Both the position numbers and the translations under genes were made by a program. The notes under the pieces were generated by a model that saw only the letters and a list, made by a program, of their open reading frames with translations, searched no databases and had not been told where the DNA came from. This document shows positions 28,460-36,977 of a stretch of 43,715 nucleotides of DNA, piece by piece. Position 1 is the stretch's first letter, and every line of letters starts with the position of its first letter. This DNA comes from Bacteroidales bacterium (GTDB taxonomy: Bacteria; Bacteroidota; Bacteroidia; Bacteroidales; UBA932): NCBI GenBank assembly GCA_022774085.1, contig JALFNZ010000014.1:1-43715 (forward strand), in the 5' to 3' direction.

Positions 28460-31105
28460 TCAGTTATTTTTCAATGCTTTAAGTGATGCATTGATACTTT
28501 CTATCTTTGAGAGTGAATCAGACTCTTTTTTCCTCTCAACAGCGACTACAGCCTCCGGTGCATTTGCCACGAAGCGCTCATTCGAGAGCTTTTTGCGTAC
28601 GCTTTCAAGGAATTTTGTCTGATATGCAAGCTCTGCTTCAAGTTTCGCAATCTCTTCTTCAACGTTCACAAGACCTGTCAGAGGAACGAACATTTCCACT
28701 GTCCTGACCATGAAGCGCTGTGCCGCCGACATGTCACCTTCTGCTTCTGCTATATCAACATTAGCAAGTTTCAATATGACAGGAAGCACCTCTGAAGGGA
28801 ACTCACCCTTAATAAGGAGTGAAAGTTTCTCCTTTGGAGATACATTCTTCTGCTGGCGAACATTTCTTACGCCGGCAACAGCATCACATGCCATGGAGAA
28901 ATTCTCGATAAGGACAGAATCGTATTCTTTTGCCTGCGGATAACGCTGATTCATGATGGTTTCACCGTCTTTGCGTTCAGCCATATTCTGCCAGAGTTCC
29001 TCTGTGATGAAAGGCATAATCGGATGAATCATCTTTAGAAGAGAATCGAAGAAACCTACAGTTGCCTCATAGGTGGCCTTGTCGATTCCACAACCATAGG
29101 CCGGCTTGACAACCTCCAGGTACCATGCACAGAACTCATCCCAGAACAGTTTGTAAATTGCCATGAGGGCATCCGAAATACGGAACTTCGAGAAATGGTC
29201 TTCGACAGTCTCAATAACCTGGCTCAGACGCGCATCGAACCATTTTACAGCCACAGCTGAAGCCTCAGGCTGTACAGCAGATTCGTCAACCTTCCATCCG
29301 GTAACGAGGCGGAAGGCATTCCATACCTTGTTGTTGAAGTTTCTTCCCTGCTCTATCTGTGACTCATCATAGAGGATGTCGTTTCCGGCAGAGCTGCAAA
29401 GAAGCATTCCCAGACGAACAGCATCCGCACCATATTTTTCGATGAGAACGAGCGGATCTGGAGAATTGCCCAGAGTCTTGGACATCTTCCTTCCGAGCTT
29501 GTCACGGACGATACCGGTAAGATATACATTGTGGAAAGGAACATCGTTCATGAATTCATTTCCTGCCATAATCATCCTTGCAACCCAGAAGAAAAGGATA
29601 TCCGGACCTGTAACCAGGTCATTAGTAGGATAATAGTAAGCAAGGTCCTTGTTCGGCTCAGCTTCAGGATGTCCTGCCTTGTTGGTATCGAAAACGGAAA
29701 TAGGCCATAGCCATGACGAGAACCATGTATCAAGTACATCCTCATCCTGCCTCAGGTCAGTAGATGTAACGGCCGGATTAATCTCCTGTGCCATCTGGAG
29801 AGCCTTCTCTGCGGTCTCGGCAACGACAACCTTTCCGTCAGGAAGGTAATAGGCCGGGATACGCTGTCCCCACCAGAGCTGGCGGCTGATACACCAGTCA
29901 CGTACATTTTCCATCCAGTGACGGTATGTATTGCGGTACTTGTCAGGAATGAGTTTCACATTGCCGCTCTCCACAGACTCGAGTGCATCTTTTGCAAGTG
30001 CATCCATCTTGAGGAACCACTGCATCGACAGCCTTGGCTCAATGACGGCATTGGTTCTCTCGGAATAACCTACAGGAGAGGTGTAATCTTCTGTCTTCTC
30101 AAGGTTTCCTGCCTCACGAAGCATTCCTTCTATCTTCTTCCTTGCCTCGAAACGGTCCTCGCCGACAAGAATCTGTGCCTTCTCGTTCAGTCTTCCATGG
30201 TCGTCTATGATGTCCAGGACCGGCAGGTTGTGCCTGATTCCGATTTCATAGTCATTTACATCATGAGCAGGAGTAACCTTGAGGCATCCTGTTCCGAAAT
30301 CCATGGTCACATAATCATCCTCAATAATAGGTATCTCCTTATTGATCAGAGGTATAAGCACCTTCTTACCTTTGAGCCAGTGATATCTTTCATCTGCTGG
30401 ATTGATACAGATAGCTGCATCGGCCATGATTGTCTCAGGACGGGTAGTGGCAATTATGATGTACTTGTCGGAAGGCTTGCCGTTGCCGTCTGAAATGAAA
30501 TACCTCAGATGATAGAATTTGCTGACGGTATCCCTGTGGATAACCTCCTCGTCACTGACTGCGGTGAGACCTACAGGGTCCCAGTTGACCATGCGTACAC
30601 CTCTATATATATAGCCTTTGTTGTAGAAATATACGAATGTGTTTATTACGGCATCACTCAGGTCCGGATCCATGGTGAATTTGGTCCTGTCCCAGTCACA
30701 CGATGCACCGAGTTTGCGGAGCTGGTTGAGAATGATGCCTCCGTGTTTCTCCTTCCATTCCCATGCGTGCTTGAGGAACTCCTCACGGGTAATATCCTCC
30801 TTGCTGATACCCTCAGCCTTGAGTTTGGCTACGACCTTGCTCTCAGTTGCAATGGAAGCATGGTCTGTTCCGGGCACCCAGCATGCATTCTTGCCGTCCA
30901 TCCTTGCCTTACGGATGAGCACATCATTGAGGGTATTATTCAGTACATGTCCCATGTGCAGGATTCCGGTCACGTTAGGTGGCGGGATTACGATTGTATA
31001 AGGTTCCCTCTCATCCGGTTCAGAATGAAAGAATTTGTGTTCAAGCCAATAGGCATACCATTTGTCCTCTGTGAGGGCCGGATCATACTTTGCTGGAAGT
31101 TCCAT
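28460..31105 (-). CDS. valS: Valine--tRNA ligase
   Basis: [13 protein letters not shown] (HIGH), [17 protein letters not shown]-terminal coiled coil ([11 protein letters not shown]). Confidence 0.98.
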   Translation of the reverse strand: MELPAKYDPALTEDKWYAYWLEHKFFHSEPDEREPYTIVIPPPNVTGILHMGHVLNNTLNDVLIRKARMDGKNACWVPGTDHASIATESKVVAKLKAEGISKEDITREEFLKHAWEWKEKHGGIILNQLRKLGASCDWDRTKFTMDPDLSDAVINTFVYFYNKGYIYRGVRMVNWDPVGLTAVSDEEVIHRDTVSKFYHLRYFISDGNGKPSDKYIIIATTRPETIMADAAICINPADERYHWLKGKKVLIPLINKEIPIIEDDYVTMDFGTGCLKVTPAHDVNDYEIGIRHNLPVLDIIDDHGRLNEKAQILVGEDRFEARKKIEGMLREAGNLEKTEDYTSPVGYSERTNAVIEPRLSMQWFLKMDALAKDALESVESGNVKLIPDKYRNTYRHWMENVRDWCISRQLWWGQRIPAYYLPDGKVVVAETAEKALQMAQEINPAVTSTDLRQDEDVLDTWFSSWLWPISVFDTNKAGHPEAEPNKDLAYYYPTNDLVTGPDILFFWVARMIMAGNEFMNDVPFHNVYLTGIVRDKLGRKMSKTLGNSPDPLVLIEKYGADAVRLGMLLCSSAGNDILYDESQIEQGRNFNNKVWNAFRLVTGWKVDESAVQPEASAVAVKWFDARLSQVIETVEDHFSKFRISDALMAIYKLFWDEFCAWYLEVVKPAYGCGIDKATYEATVGFFDSLLKMIHPIMPFITEELWQNMAERKDGETIMNQRYPQAKEYDSVLIENFSMACDAVAGVRNVRQQKNVSPKEKLSLLIKGEFPSEVLPVILKLANVDIAEAEGDMSAAQRFMVRTVEMFVPLTGLVNVEEEIAKLEAELAYQTKFLESVRKKLSNERFVANAPEAVVAVERKKESDSLSKIESINASLKALKNN

Positions 31106-31162
31106 ATATTTCTGTTTTTACTATTGTTCACAACATTGCTCCTTCTGGAGCGCAATAACGTG

Positions 31163-31191
31163 CAAAGATACTAAAAGTTTTTGTATATTTG
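31163..31191. promoter_or_regulatory. Back-to-back divergent -7 elements for valS and DUF3467-kdsC
   Basis: CAAAGATA at 31163-31170 (-) and TATATTTG at 31184-31191 (+). Confidence 0.65.
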
Positions 31192-31255
31192 CACGTCCAT
31201 GACGTGTTAACCACAAGGACACGTATAAACATTGACCTAAAAAGTATTGTATTCT

Positions 31256-31564
31256 ATGGCAAACGAAAAAGAATTCAGCATCGATCTGAAACAGGAAGTG
31301 GCGAGAGGCTCATATTCCAATCTTGCAATCATCACCCACTCCAACAGCGAGTTCATCATAGACTTCGCGACCATGCTCCCTGGTCTTCCTAAACCGGAAG
31401 TTGGCAACAGAATCATAATGACCCCGGAACATGCCAAAAGGCTTTATCTTGCCCTTCAGGATAATATCAATAAATATGAAAGCCAGAACGGTCCCATTTC
31501 TCTGGGAGGAGAACCAAAGGCAACCTTCCCGATGGGAGGATTCGGCTCAGGCAAAAAATCATAA
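31256..31564 (+). CDS. DUF3467 domain protein
   Basis: EVARGSYSNLAIITHSNSEFIIDF…PGLPK…RIIMTPEHAKRL…DNINKYE; start at ATG 31256. Confidence 0.88.
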   Translation: MANEKEFSIDLKQEVARGSYSNLAIITHSNSEFIIDFATMLPGLPKPEVGNRIIMTPEHAKRLYLALQDNINKYESQNGPISLGGEPKATFPMGGFGSGKKS

Positions 31565-31567
31565 GTT

Positions 31568-32095
31568 ATGGAAGAACGATTCAAGAAAATCAAAGCATTC
31601 GCATTCGATGTTGACGGAGTCCTGACTGACGGAGGGATTCTGGCCAATCTTGACGGAGAACTTTTCCGCACCTTCGATTCCAAGGACGGGTTCGGATTGA
31701 GAATGGCTTCCATGCATGGGTACAAGATCGGCATCATCACAGGAGGACGTTCCGAGAGCATCCGCAAAAGGTTCATCACTTGCGGTGTCACTCCCGAAGA
31801 CGTGTATCTCGGCTCACGAGACAAGATGGAGGATTTCGAAGACTTCTGCTTCAGATACAACCTTGCACCCGAGAATGTGATGTATTTCGGTGACGATGTC
31901 CCTGACATTCCTGTAATGGTCTGCTGCGGTTGCGGAGTATGCCCGAGCGATGCGGTGGATGAAGTGAAGGAAATTGCAGACATTGTTTCCGACAAACCGG
32001 GAGGTAGAGGATTCGCCAGGAGCATGATTGAAGCAGTCATGAGATACCAGGGCACGTGGAAGCTTGATATTCAACACTATAAGGCAAAGTTTTAA
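31568..32095 (+). CDS. kdsC: KDO 8-phosphate phosphatase (HAD, KdsC family)
   Basis: FDVDGVLTDG, KDG, IITGG, YFGDDVPD, GGRG. Confidence 0.88.
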   Translation: MEERFKKIKAFAFDVDGVLTDGGILANLDGELFRTFDSKDGFGLRMASMHGYKIGIITGGRSESIRKRFITCGVTPEDVYLGSRDKMEDFEDFCFRYNLAPENVMYFGDDVPDIPVMVCCGCGVCPSDAVDEVKEIADIVSDKPGGRGFARSMIEAVMRYQGTWKLDIQHYKAKF

Positions 32096-32117
32096 CATTT
32101 TTTCTTCAATTCTAGGA

Positions 32118-32192
32118 GATTTTTCCTGGTAACATGGAGGATTTTTCACCACAAATCTGCGTACTTTACAACTAATCTGCTCATTTTACAAC
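32118..32192 (+). repeat. Two pairs of direct repeats upstream of the SDR-ALDH genes
   Basis: GATTTTTC at 32118 and 32140 (period 22); AATCTGC-N4-TTTACAAC at 32154 and 32174 (period 20). Confidence 0.6.
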
Positions 32193-32276
32193 ATTGGGAC
32201 AAGCCTTTGGATGATTGTTTCATTATTGATGTATTTTTGCCGCCAGTTAGAAACGTTGACATAAAAATACACGGAT

Positions 32277-33119
32277 ATGAAACTCGAAAACAGCAATGTA
32301 CTTATCACCGGAGGAGCTTCCGGAATCGGCAAAATCATGGGCAGGATAGCATTGGAGAAAGGTGCTGCATGCCTTGTCATCTGGGACATAAACCCAGCAA
32401 GCATAAAAGTTGCCATAGCTGAACTTGGAAAGCTTGGCAAGGTAGCAGGATTTGTTGTCGATGTATCAGACAACGACGCTGTGATGGATGCTTATGCCAA
32501 GACCATTGCAGAATGCGAAGCCATTGATATAGTCATCAACAATGCCGGAATAGTGACCAGCAACAAGACTTTTGACAAGCAGACGCCAGATGAGATTACC
32601 CGCACCATCTACATAAATACCATTGCACCGATGTTGGTAGCAAGGGCTTTCCTTCCGGACATGCTCCGCAGGAACAGAGGACATATCTGCAATATCACAT
32701 CAGCGGGCGGAATGTTGGGAAACCCGAGGATGAGCGTTTATGGAGCAAGCAAATGGGGTGCTATCGGATGGTCTGAATCAATGAGAATCGAGCTTCAGAG
32801 CAACAAAAGCAATGTACATGTAACCACCGTCGCACCGTATTATATTAATACCGGAATGTTCGATGGCGTGAAGTCCAAGGTGTTCCCTATCCTTGAACCT
32901 GAATATGTTGCAAAGAAAGTGATGAAGGCAATCAGGAAGAACACCGTATTTGCTGGAATACCTTTCGGATTCCATTTCATCAGATTCTGGCAGGGAATAC
33001 TTCCGACCAGGCTCTTCGATATCATTTTCGGCGAGTGGTTCGGAATATATCACACCATGGACAACTTCACGGGAAGGAAGAAAGCTCCGGTGAAGGAAGA
33101 GATAAAAAAAGTATCGTAA
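32277..33119 (+). CDS. Short-chain dehydrogenase/reductase (17beta-HSD11/retinol-DH-like)
   Basis: TGGASGIG, NNAG, YGASK catalytic motif, PYYINTGMF; -7 element TATTTTTG at 32232-32239. Confidence 0.9.
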   Translation: MKLENSNVLITGGASGIGKIMGRIALEKGAACLVIWDINPASIKVAIAELGKLGKVAGFVVDVSDNDAVMDAYAKTIAECEAIDIVINNAGIVTSNKTFDKQTPDEITRTIYINTIAPMLVARAFLPDMLRRNRGHICNITSAGGMLGNPRMSVYGASKWGAIGWSESMRIELQSNKSNVHVTTVAPYYINTGMFDGVKSKVFPILEPEYVAKKVMKAIRKNTVFAGIPFGFHFIRFWQGILPTRLFDIIFGEWFGIYHTMDNFTGRKKAPVKEEIKKVS

Positions 33120-33121
33120 AA

Positions 33122-34519
33122 ATGAAAATAGAGAATACAACAACAGACAGGATAAACAGCATCAGGGTTGCCCAGCAGGAATATTTCCGCAGCGGGGCAA
33201 CCCTTGACATAAAGTTCCGTAAGACAATGCTGTTCAAATTCCGCCATGCAATGCATAGATGGGAGAAAAAGATTTGTGAAGCATTGTGGACCGACCTTCA
33301 TAAATCATACGAGGAAGCTTTCATAACAGAAATCAGCATCGTGGAAGGTGAGATCCAGAACCATATTGACCACATCGAGAAATGGACTCGCAGAAAGAGG
33401 AAATTCACACCCCTGAAACTCTTCCCGTCCAGATCTTTTGTTGTAACAGAGCCTCTCGGCAACACCATGGTCATAGCTCCATGGAACTATCCTGTACAGC
33501 TTCTGCTCAATCCGCTCGTGGGCGCCATTGCTGCCGGATGTACCGTTGTTCTCAAACCTTCTCCTTACGTTCCGCATGTATCCAAAGTGATTGAACAGAT
33601 GATTCAGGAGACATTTGACGAAAGGTATGTCGCTGTGGTCCAGGGCAACAGGGATGTAAATCAGGCATTGCTGGACCTCAGATGGGACCTTATCTTCTTC
33701 ACAGGAAGCCCGTCCCTTGGCAAGAAAGTCATGAGTGCCGCTGCTCGTCATCTCACCCCTGTCATCCTTGAACTCGGAGGCAAAAGTCCGTGCATCATTG
33801 ACAAAAGCGCCGACATCAGGCTTGCAGCCAGAAGGATTGCCTGGGGCAAGACCCTCAATAGCGGCCAGACCTGCATAGCTCCGGATTACATTCTGATTCA
33901 CAAAGATGTAAAAGATGAATTCGTAAAAGCATTCGGCAAAGAAATTCACAATCTCCATGGCAACGATGTGCAGCAGTCACGTCACTATGTCAGGATGGTT
34001 AATGAAGCTGCCTTCAGGAGAGTATCATCATATATTGAAGGTGCCAATATTTTATTCGGAGGACATACCGATGCTTCAGAAAGATTCATTGAGCCGACTT
34101 TGATCGATGCTCCGGGAGCAGACTCCCCTGTAATGACTGAGGAAATCTTCGGACCGGTATTTCCGGTCGTAACATTGGATGATTGCGGCAAATGTTTCCT
34201 TGACAAGGTAACAGACTATGTCACCTCAAGGGAAAAACCACTTGCATTCTATTATTTTGGAAAAGAAAAGGATGGTTGGAAAGCAATAAGAAGGACCTCA
34301 TCAGGAGGAGGATGCATCAATGATGTCATCATGCACATTGCCAACGAAAATATTCCGTTCGGAGGTGTCGGCAATTCAGGTACAGGACATTATCACGGTA
34401 AAGACAGCCTTCTGGCTTTCAGTCACCAGCGTTCGGTCATTTCAACCGGTACCTGGATCGATCTTCCGTTCAGATATATGCCATACAAGTTGTTCAAATT
34501 AGTAAAGGCAATCCTGTAA
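33122..34519 (+). CDS. NAD(P)-dependent aldehyde dehydrogenase (ALDH3/fatty-aldehyde-DH-like)
   Basis: APWNYP, LKPS, FFTGS, LELGGKSP, GQTCIAPDY (catalytic Cys), EEIFGP, PFGGVGNSG; start at ATG 33122. Confidence 0.93.
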   Translation: MKIENTTTDRINSIRVAQQEYFRSGATLDIKFRKTMLFKFRHAMHRWEKKICEALWTDLHKSYEEAFITEISIVEGEIQNHIDHIEKWTRRKRKFTPLKLFPSRSFVVTEPLGNTMVIAPWNYPVQLLLNPLVGAIAAGCTVVLKPSPYVPHVSKVIEQMIQETFDERYVAVVQGNRDVNQALLDLRWDLIFFTGSPSLGKKVMSAAARHLTPVILELGGKSPCIIDKSADIRLAARRIAWGKTLNSGQTCIAPDYILIHKDVKDEFVKAFGKEIHNLHGNDVQQSRHYVRMVNEAAFRRVSSYIEGANILFGGHTDASERFIEPTLIDAPGADSPVMTEEIFGPVFPVVTLDDCGKCFLDKVTDYVTSREKPLAFYYFGKEKDGWKAIRRTSSGGGCINDVIMHIANENIPFGGVGNSGTGHYHGKDSLLAFSHQRSVISTGTWIDLPFRYMPYKLFKLVKAIL

Positions 34520-34521
34520 TC

Positions 34522-35103
34522 ATGGATTTGAAAGACAAACACATCATTCTGGGAAGCAATTCACCCAGAAGAAAGGAACTGCTCAAGGGTCTGAACATTG
34601 ATTTTGAAGTAGATACGGGCAATGAATTCGAGGAGAAGTTCAGCCCGGACACACCGGTTGACAAGATTCCGGAACTAATGTCACTCGGCAAATCCCACGG
34701 ATTTCACAGGAATCTGGCAGACAATGAGATTCTTATTACATCCGATACCCTAGTTCTTTGTGAAGGAAATGTCATGGGAAAGCCTCACTCCAGAGAAGAG
34801 GCTGTGAAAATGCTTACCATGCTTTCGGGAAAGGAACATAAGGTCATTACCGCTGTGACCATAAGGGATAAAGAGCACGAAATCACTGAAAGTGACACAG
34901 CATTTGTCCATTTCAAGGAGTTGAATCAGGAAGAAATCCATTGGTATATAGACAATTGCAAGCCTTTTGACAAAGCAGGAGCTTATGGAATCCAAGAATG
35001 GATAGGATACATCGGCATAGACTGGATCAAAGGCTCATTCTTTACTATCATGGGCCTTCCGGTACATCTGGTATATAAAATGCTGAATGACTTTATCGTC
35101 TGA
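34522..35103 (+). CDS. maf: Maf family nucleotide pyrophosphatase
   Basis: ILGSNSPRRKELL, SDT, GKP, DKAGAYGIQ, MGLP. Confidence 0.93.
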   Translation: MDLKDKHIILGSNSPRRKELLKGLNIDFEVDTGNEFEEKFSPDTPVDKIPELMSLGKSHGFHRNLADNEILITSDTLVLCEGNVMGKPHSREEAVKMLTMLSGKEHKVITAVTIRDKEHEITESDTAFVHFKELNQEEIHWYIDNCKPFDKAGAYGIQEWIGYIGIDWIKGSFFTIMGLPVHLVYKMLNDFIV

Positions 35104-35109
35104 TGGCTT

Positions 35110-36318
35110 CTATTCCACATAAAGGAGAAGGCCTTTGAGATATTCCCCTTCCGGGTGGTAGATATTTACAGAATGGTCTGCAGGCTGGTTGAGACGGTCA
35201 AGGATGCGGACACTTCGTCCCGTCTGGGCAGCAGCCGAAAATACGGCGAGCGCAAATGCCTCCTTATCGACCACCTGCGAGCAACTGTATGTGAAGACCA
35301 GTCCTCCCGGTGCAACCTTCGAAATGGCAGCTGCATTCAGCCTCTGGTAAGCACGGAGGGCATTCTTCAATACCCCGCGATGCTTTGCGAATGCAGGAGG
35401 GTCAACTATGATCATATCATATTTTCCTTCAGGACATCCTTTAAGATAGTCTATCGCATCACAGCAAAGGCTGGTATGTCTTGACGGATCAAAACTATTC
35501 AGGGCAACGTTTCTGTCAACCATTGCCATCGCCCTTGAAGAGCTGTCAACTGAATCAACATGAAGGGCACCCTGACTTAAAGCATAGATTGAGAATCCAC
35601 CAGTATAGCAGAAGAGATTCAATACATTGCGTCCCTTGGCCATGCTGCCGACAAGATCCCTGTTATCCCTCTGGTCAAGGAAAAATCCTGTTTTCTGTCC
35701 CTCAGTCCAGTTCACATAGAACTTGTGTCCGTTTTCCAGGACTACGGCTTCGTTGGCAGTAAATCCTTCCTTCCGGTACATATAACCGTCAATTAGTTCC
35801 AGACCTGCCTTGAACGGAGCAGTACCGGAGCTCTTGTCATATACAGCCTTCAGGCTATCACCATACACAATCTTCAAAGCCTCACAAATCTGCTTTTTTG
35901 CCCTGAACATTCCTACAGAATGTGCCTGAAGGACACAAACACCATCATAATAATCAATGATGAGTCCCGGGAGATTGTCTCCCTCACCGTGAACCAGACG
36001 GTAGCAATTCGTCACTCTGTCTCCATCCAGGCTCTGACAGGCAAGTCCGGCTGCTGCCCTCACCTTCAATGCCCTGGCAAGTGAAACCTCCCAGAAATCA
36101 GGACGCAAGGCACTGTCATCGAAACTTAAGATACGCACTGCAATCGATCCAATCTGCCAATGTCCGTACGCAAGGAAAGAACCATCTGAAGCATGAATCG
36201 CAACGATATCACCTTCAGCAGGATTTCCTGCAACCTGAGCGATAGCTCCGGAGAACACCCAAGGATGAAAACGGAACAGTGACTCTTCCCTGCCTTTCTT
36301 CAAAATTGCTTTGATCAT
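35110..36318 (-). CDS. rlmI: RlmI/RlmK-like class I SAM-dependent rRNA methyltransferase
   Basis: PUA domain HPWVFSG, HGEGDNLPGL, GQKTGFFLDQR, LNLFCYTGGFS, DPPAF, YSCS, YLKG. Confidence 0.85.
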   Translation of the reverse strand: MIKAILKKGREESLFRFHPWVFSGAIAQVAGNPAEGDIVAIHASDGSFLAYGHWQIGSIAVRILSFDDSALRPDFWEVSLARALKVRAAAGLACQSLDGDRVTNCYRLVHGEGDNLPGLIIDYYDGVCVLQAHSVGMFRAKKQICEALKIVYGDSLKAVYDKSSGTAPFKAGLELIDGYMYRKEGFTANEAVVLENGHKFYVNWTEGQKTGFFLDQRDNRDLVGSMAKGRNVLNLFCYTGGFSIYALSQGALHVDSVDSSSRAMAMVDRNVALNSFDPSRHTSLCCDAIDYLKGCPEGKYDMIIVDPPAFAKHRGVLKNALRAYQRLNAAAISKVAPGGLVFTYSCSQVVDKEAFALAVFSAAAQTGRSVRILDRLNQPADHSVNIYHPEGEYLKGLLLYVE

Positions 36319-36363
36319 AACCTGTCTTTTTCTCAAGTTTCGCGCATGCGCAAAACGTCTTGT

Positions 36364-36966
36364 TTATAATAGTTCGAGCGGATGTTTATCCGAACGCATA
36401 AGTTTAAGATACATCTGCCGGCAAACCCATGCGTCAGTAGCTGCGTATTTGCACTGGCTTTCGGATAATGTTTCAGCCTCCCAGTTGGACAGCTGCTGAG
36501 TTTTTGAAATGCGGAATCCAAGAATGATTGCAGACATTTTCTTGACGCTTTTGTCTCTGATGCCCCATTCGTGAACGATTTTCTGTAAATCCACAAAACC
36601 GGAAGGAACGAAATGGCGGTATTTCTGTAATCCCCTGATATCATCATGGATAGCGGCACCCACCTTAAGTATTTTTTCAGATGCAAGTATGCTGCACAAA
36701 CGCTTGTGCATACCCAAAGAATTAATCCTGAAAAGAAATGCCTTCTCAGGTCCGGAAAGCTGCAGAAGAGCAACGCCGTATCTTGGCTGGTTAGGAGAAA
36801 AGCAAGGGCGGGTTTCAGTATCGAATCCTATCACCTTCTGAGAACGAAGATAAGCGACGGCTCTGTTGAATTCAGAGCCGACGCTGTCAATTACTTCAAT
36901 TCTGCCTGGGAACGAGGCAAACTCGAGCTTTTCTATTTCTTCTGGTGTTATGCTTTCCAAATACAT
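36364..36966 (-). CDS. 3'-5' exonuclease (DEDDy, RNase D/WRN-like)
   Basis: GFDTET (Exo I), LLQL, SNWE…L…Q…YAATDA (Exo III). Confidence 0.9.
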   Translation of the reverse strand: MYLESITPEEIEKLEFASFPGRIEVIDSVGSEFNRAVAYLRSQKVIGFDTETRPCFSPNQPRYGVALLQLSGPEKAFLFRINSLGMHKRLCSILASEKILKVGAAIHDDIRGLQKYRHFVPSGFVDLQKIVHEWGIRDKSVKKMSAIILGFRISKTQQLSNWEAETLSESQCKYAATDAWVCRQMYLKLMRSDKHPLELL

Positions 36967-36977
36967 ATTTTTCAAAA

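Noticed and set aside
31106-31162. T-box leader upstream of valS
   Set aside because: The leader is only about 50 nt, with no T-box sequence or terminator.
30509-31174. Long antisense ORFs opposite valS, ALDH (33305-33958), GH13 (456-1010) and others
   Set aside because: Shadow ORFs of well-supported genes caused by codon bias; no protein motifs.
36342-36351. Perfect palindrome GCGCATGCGC between the exonuclease and rlmI
   Set aside because: Single short occurrence, no loop or U-tract, no supporting context.
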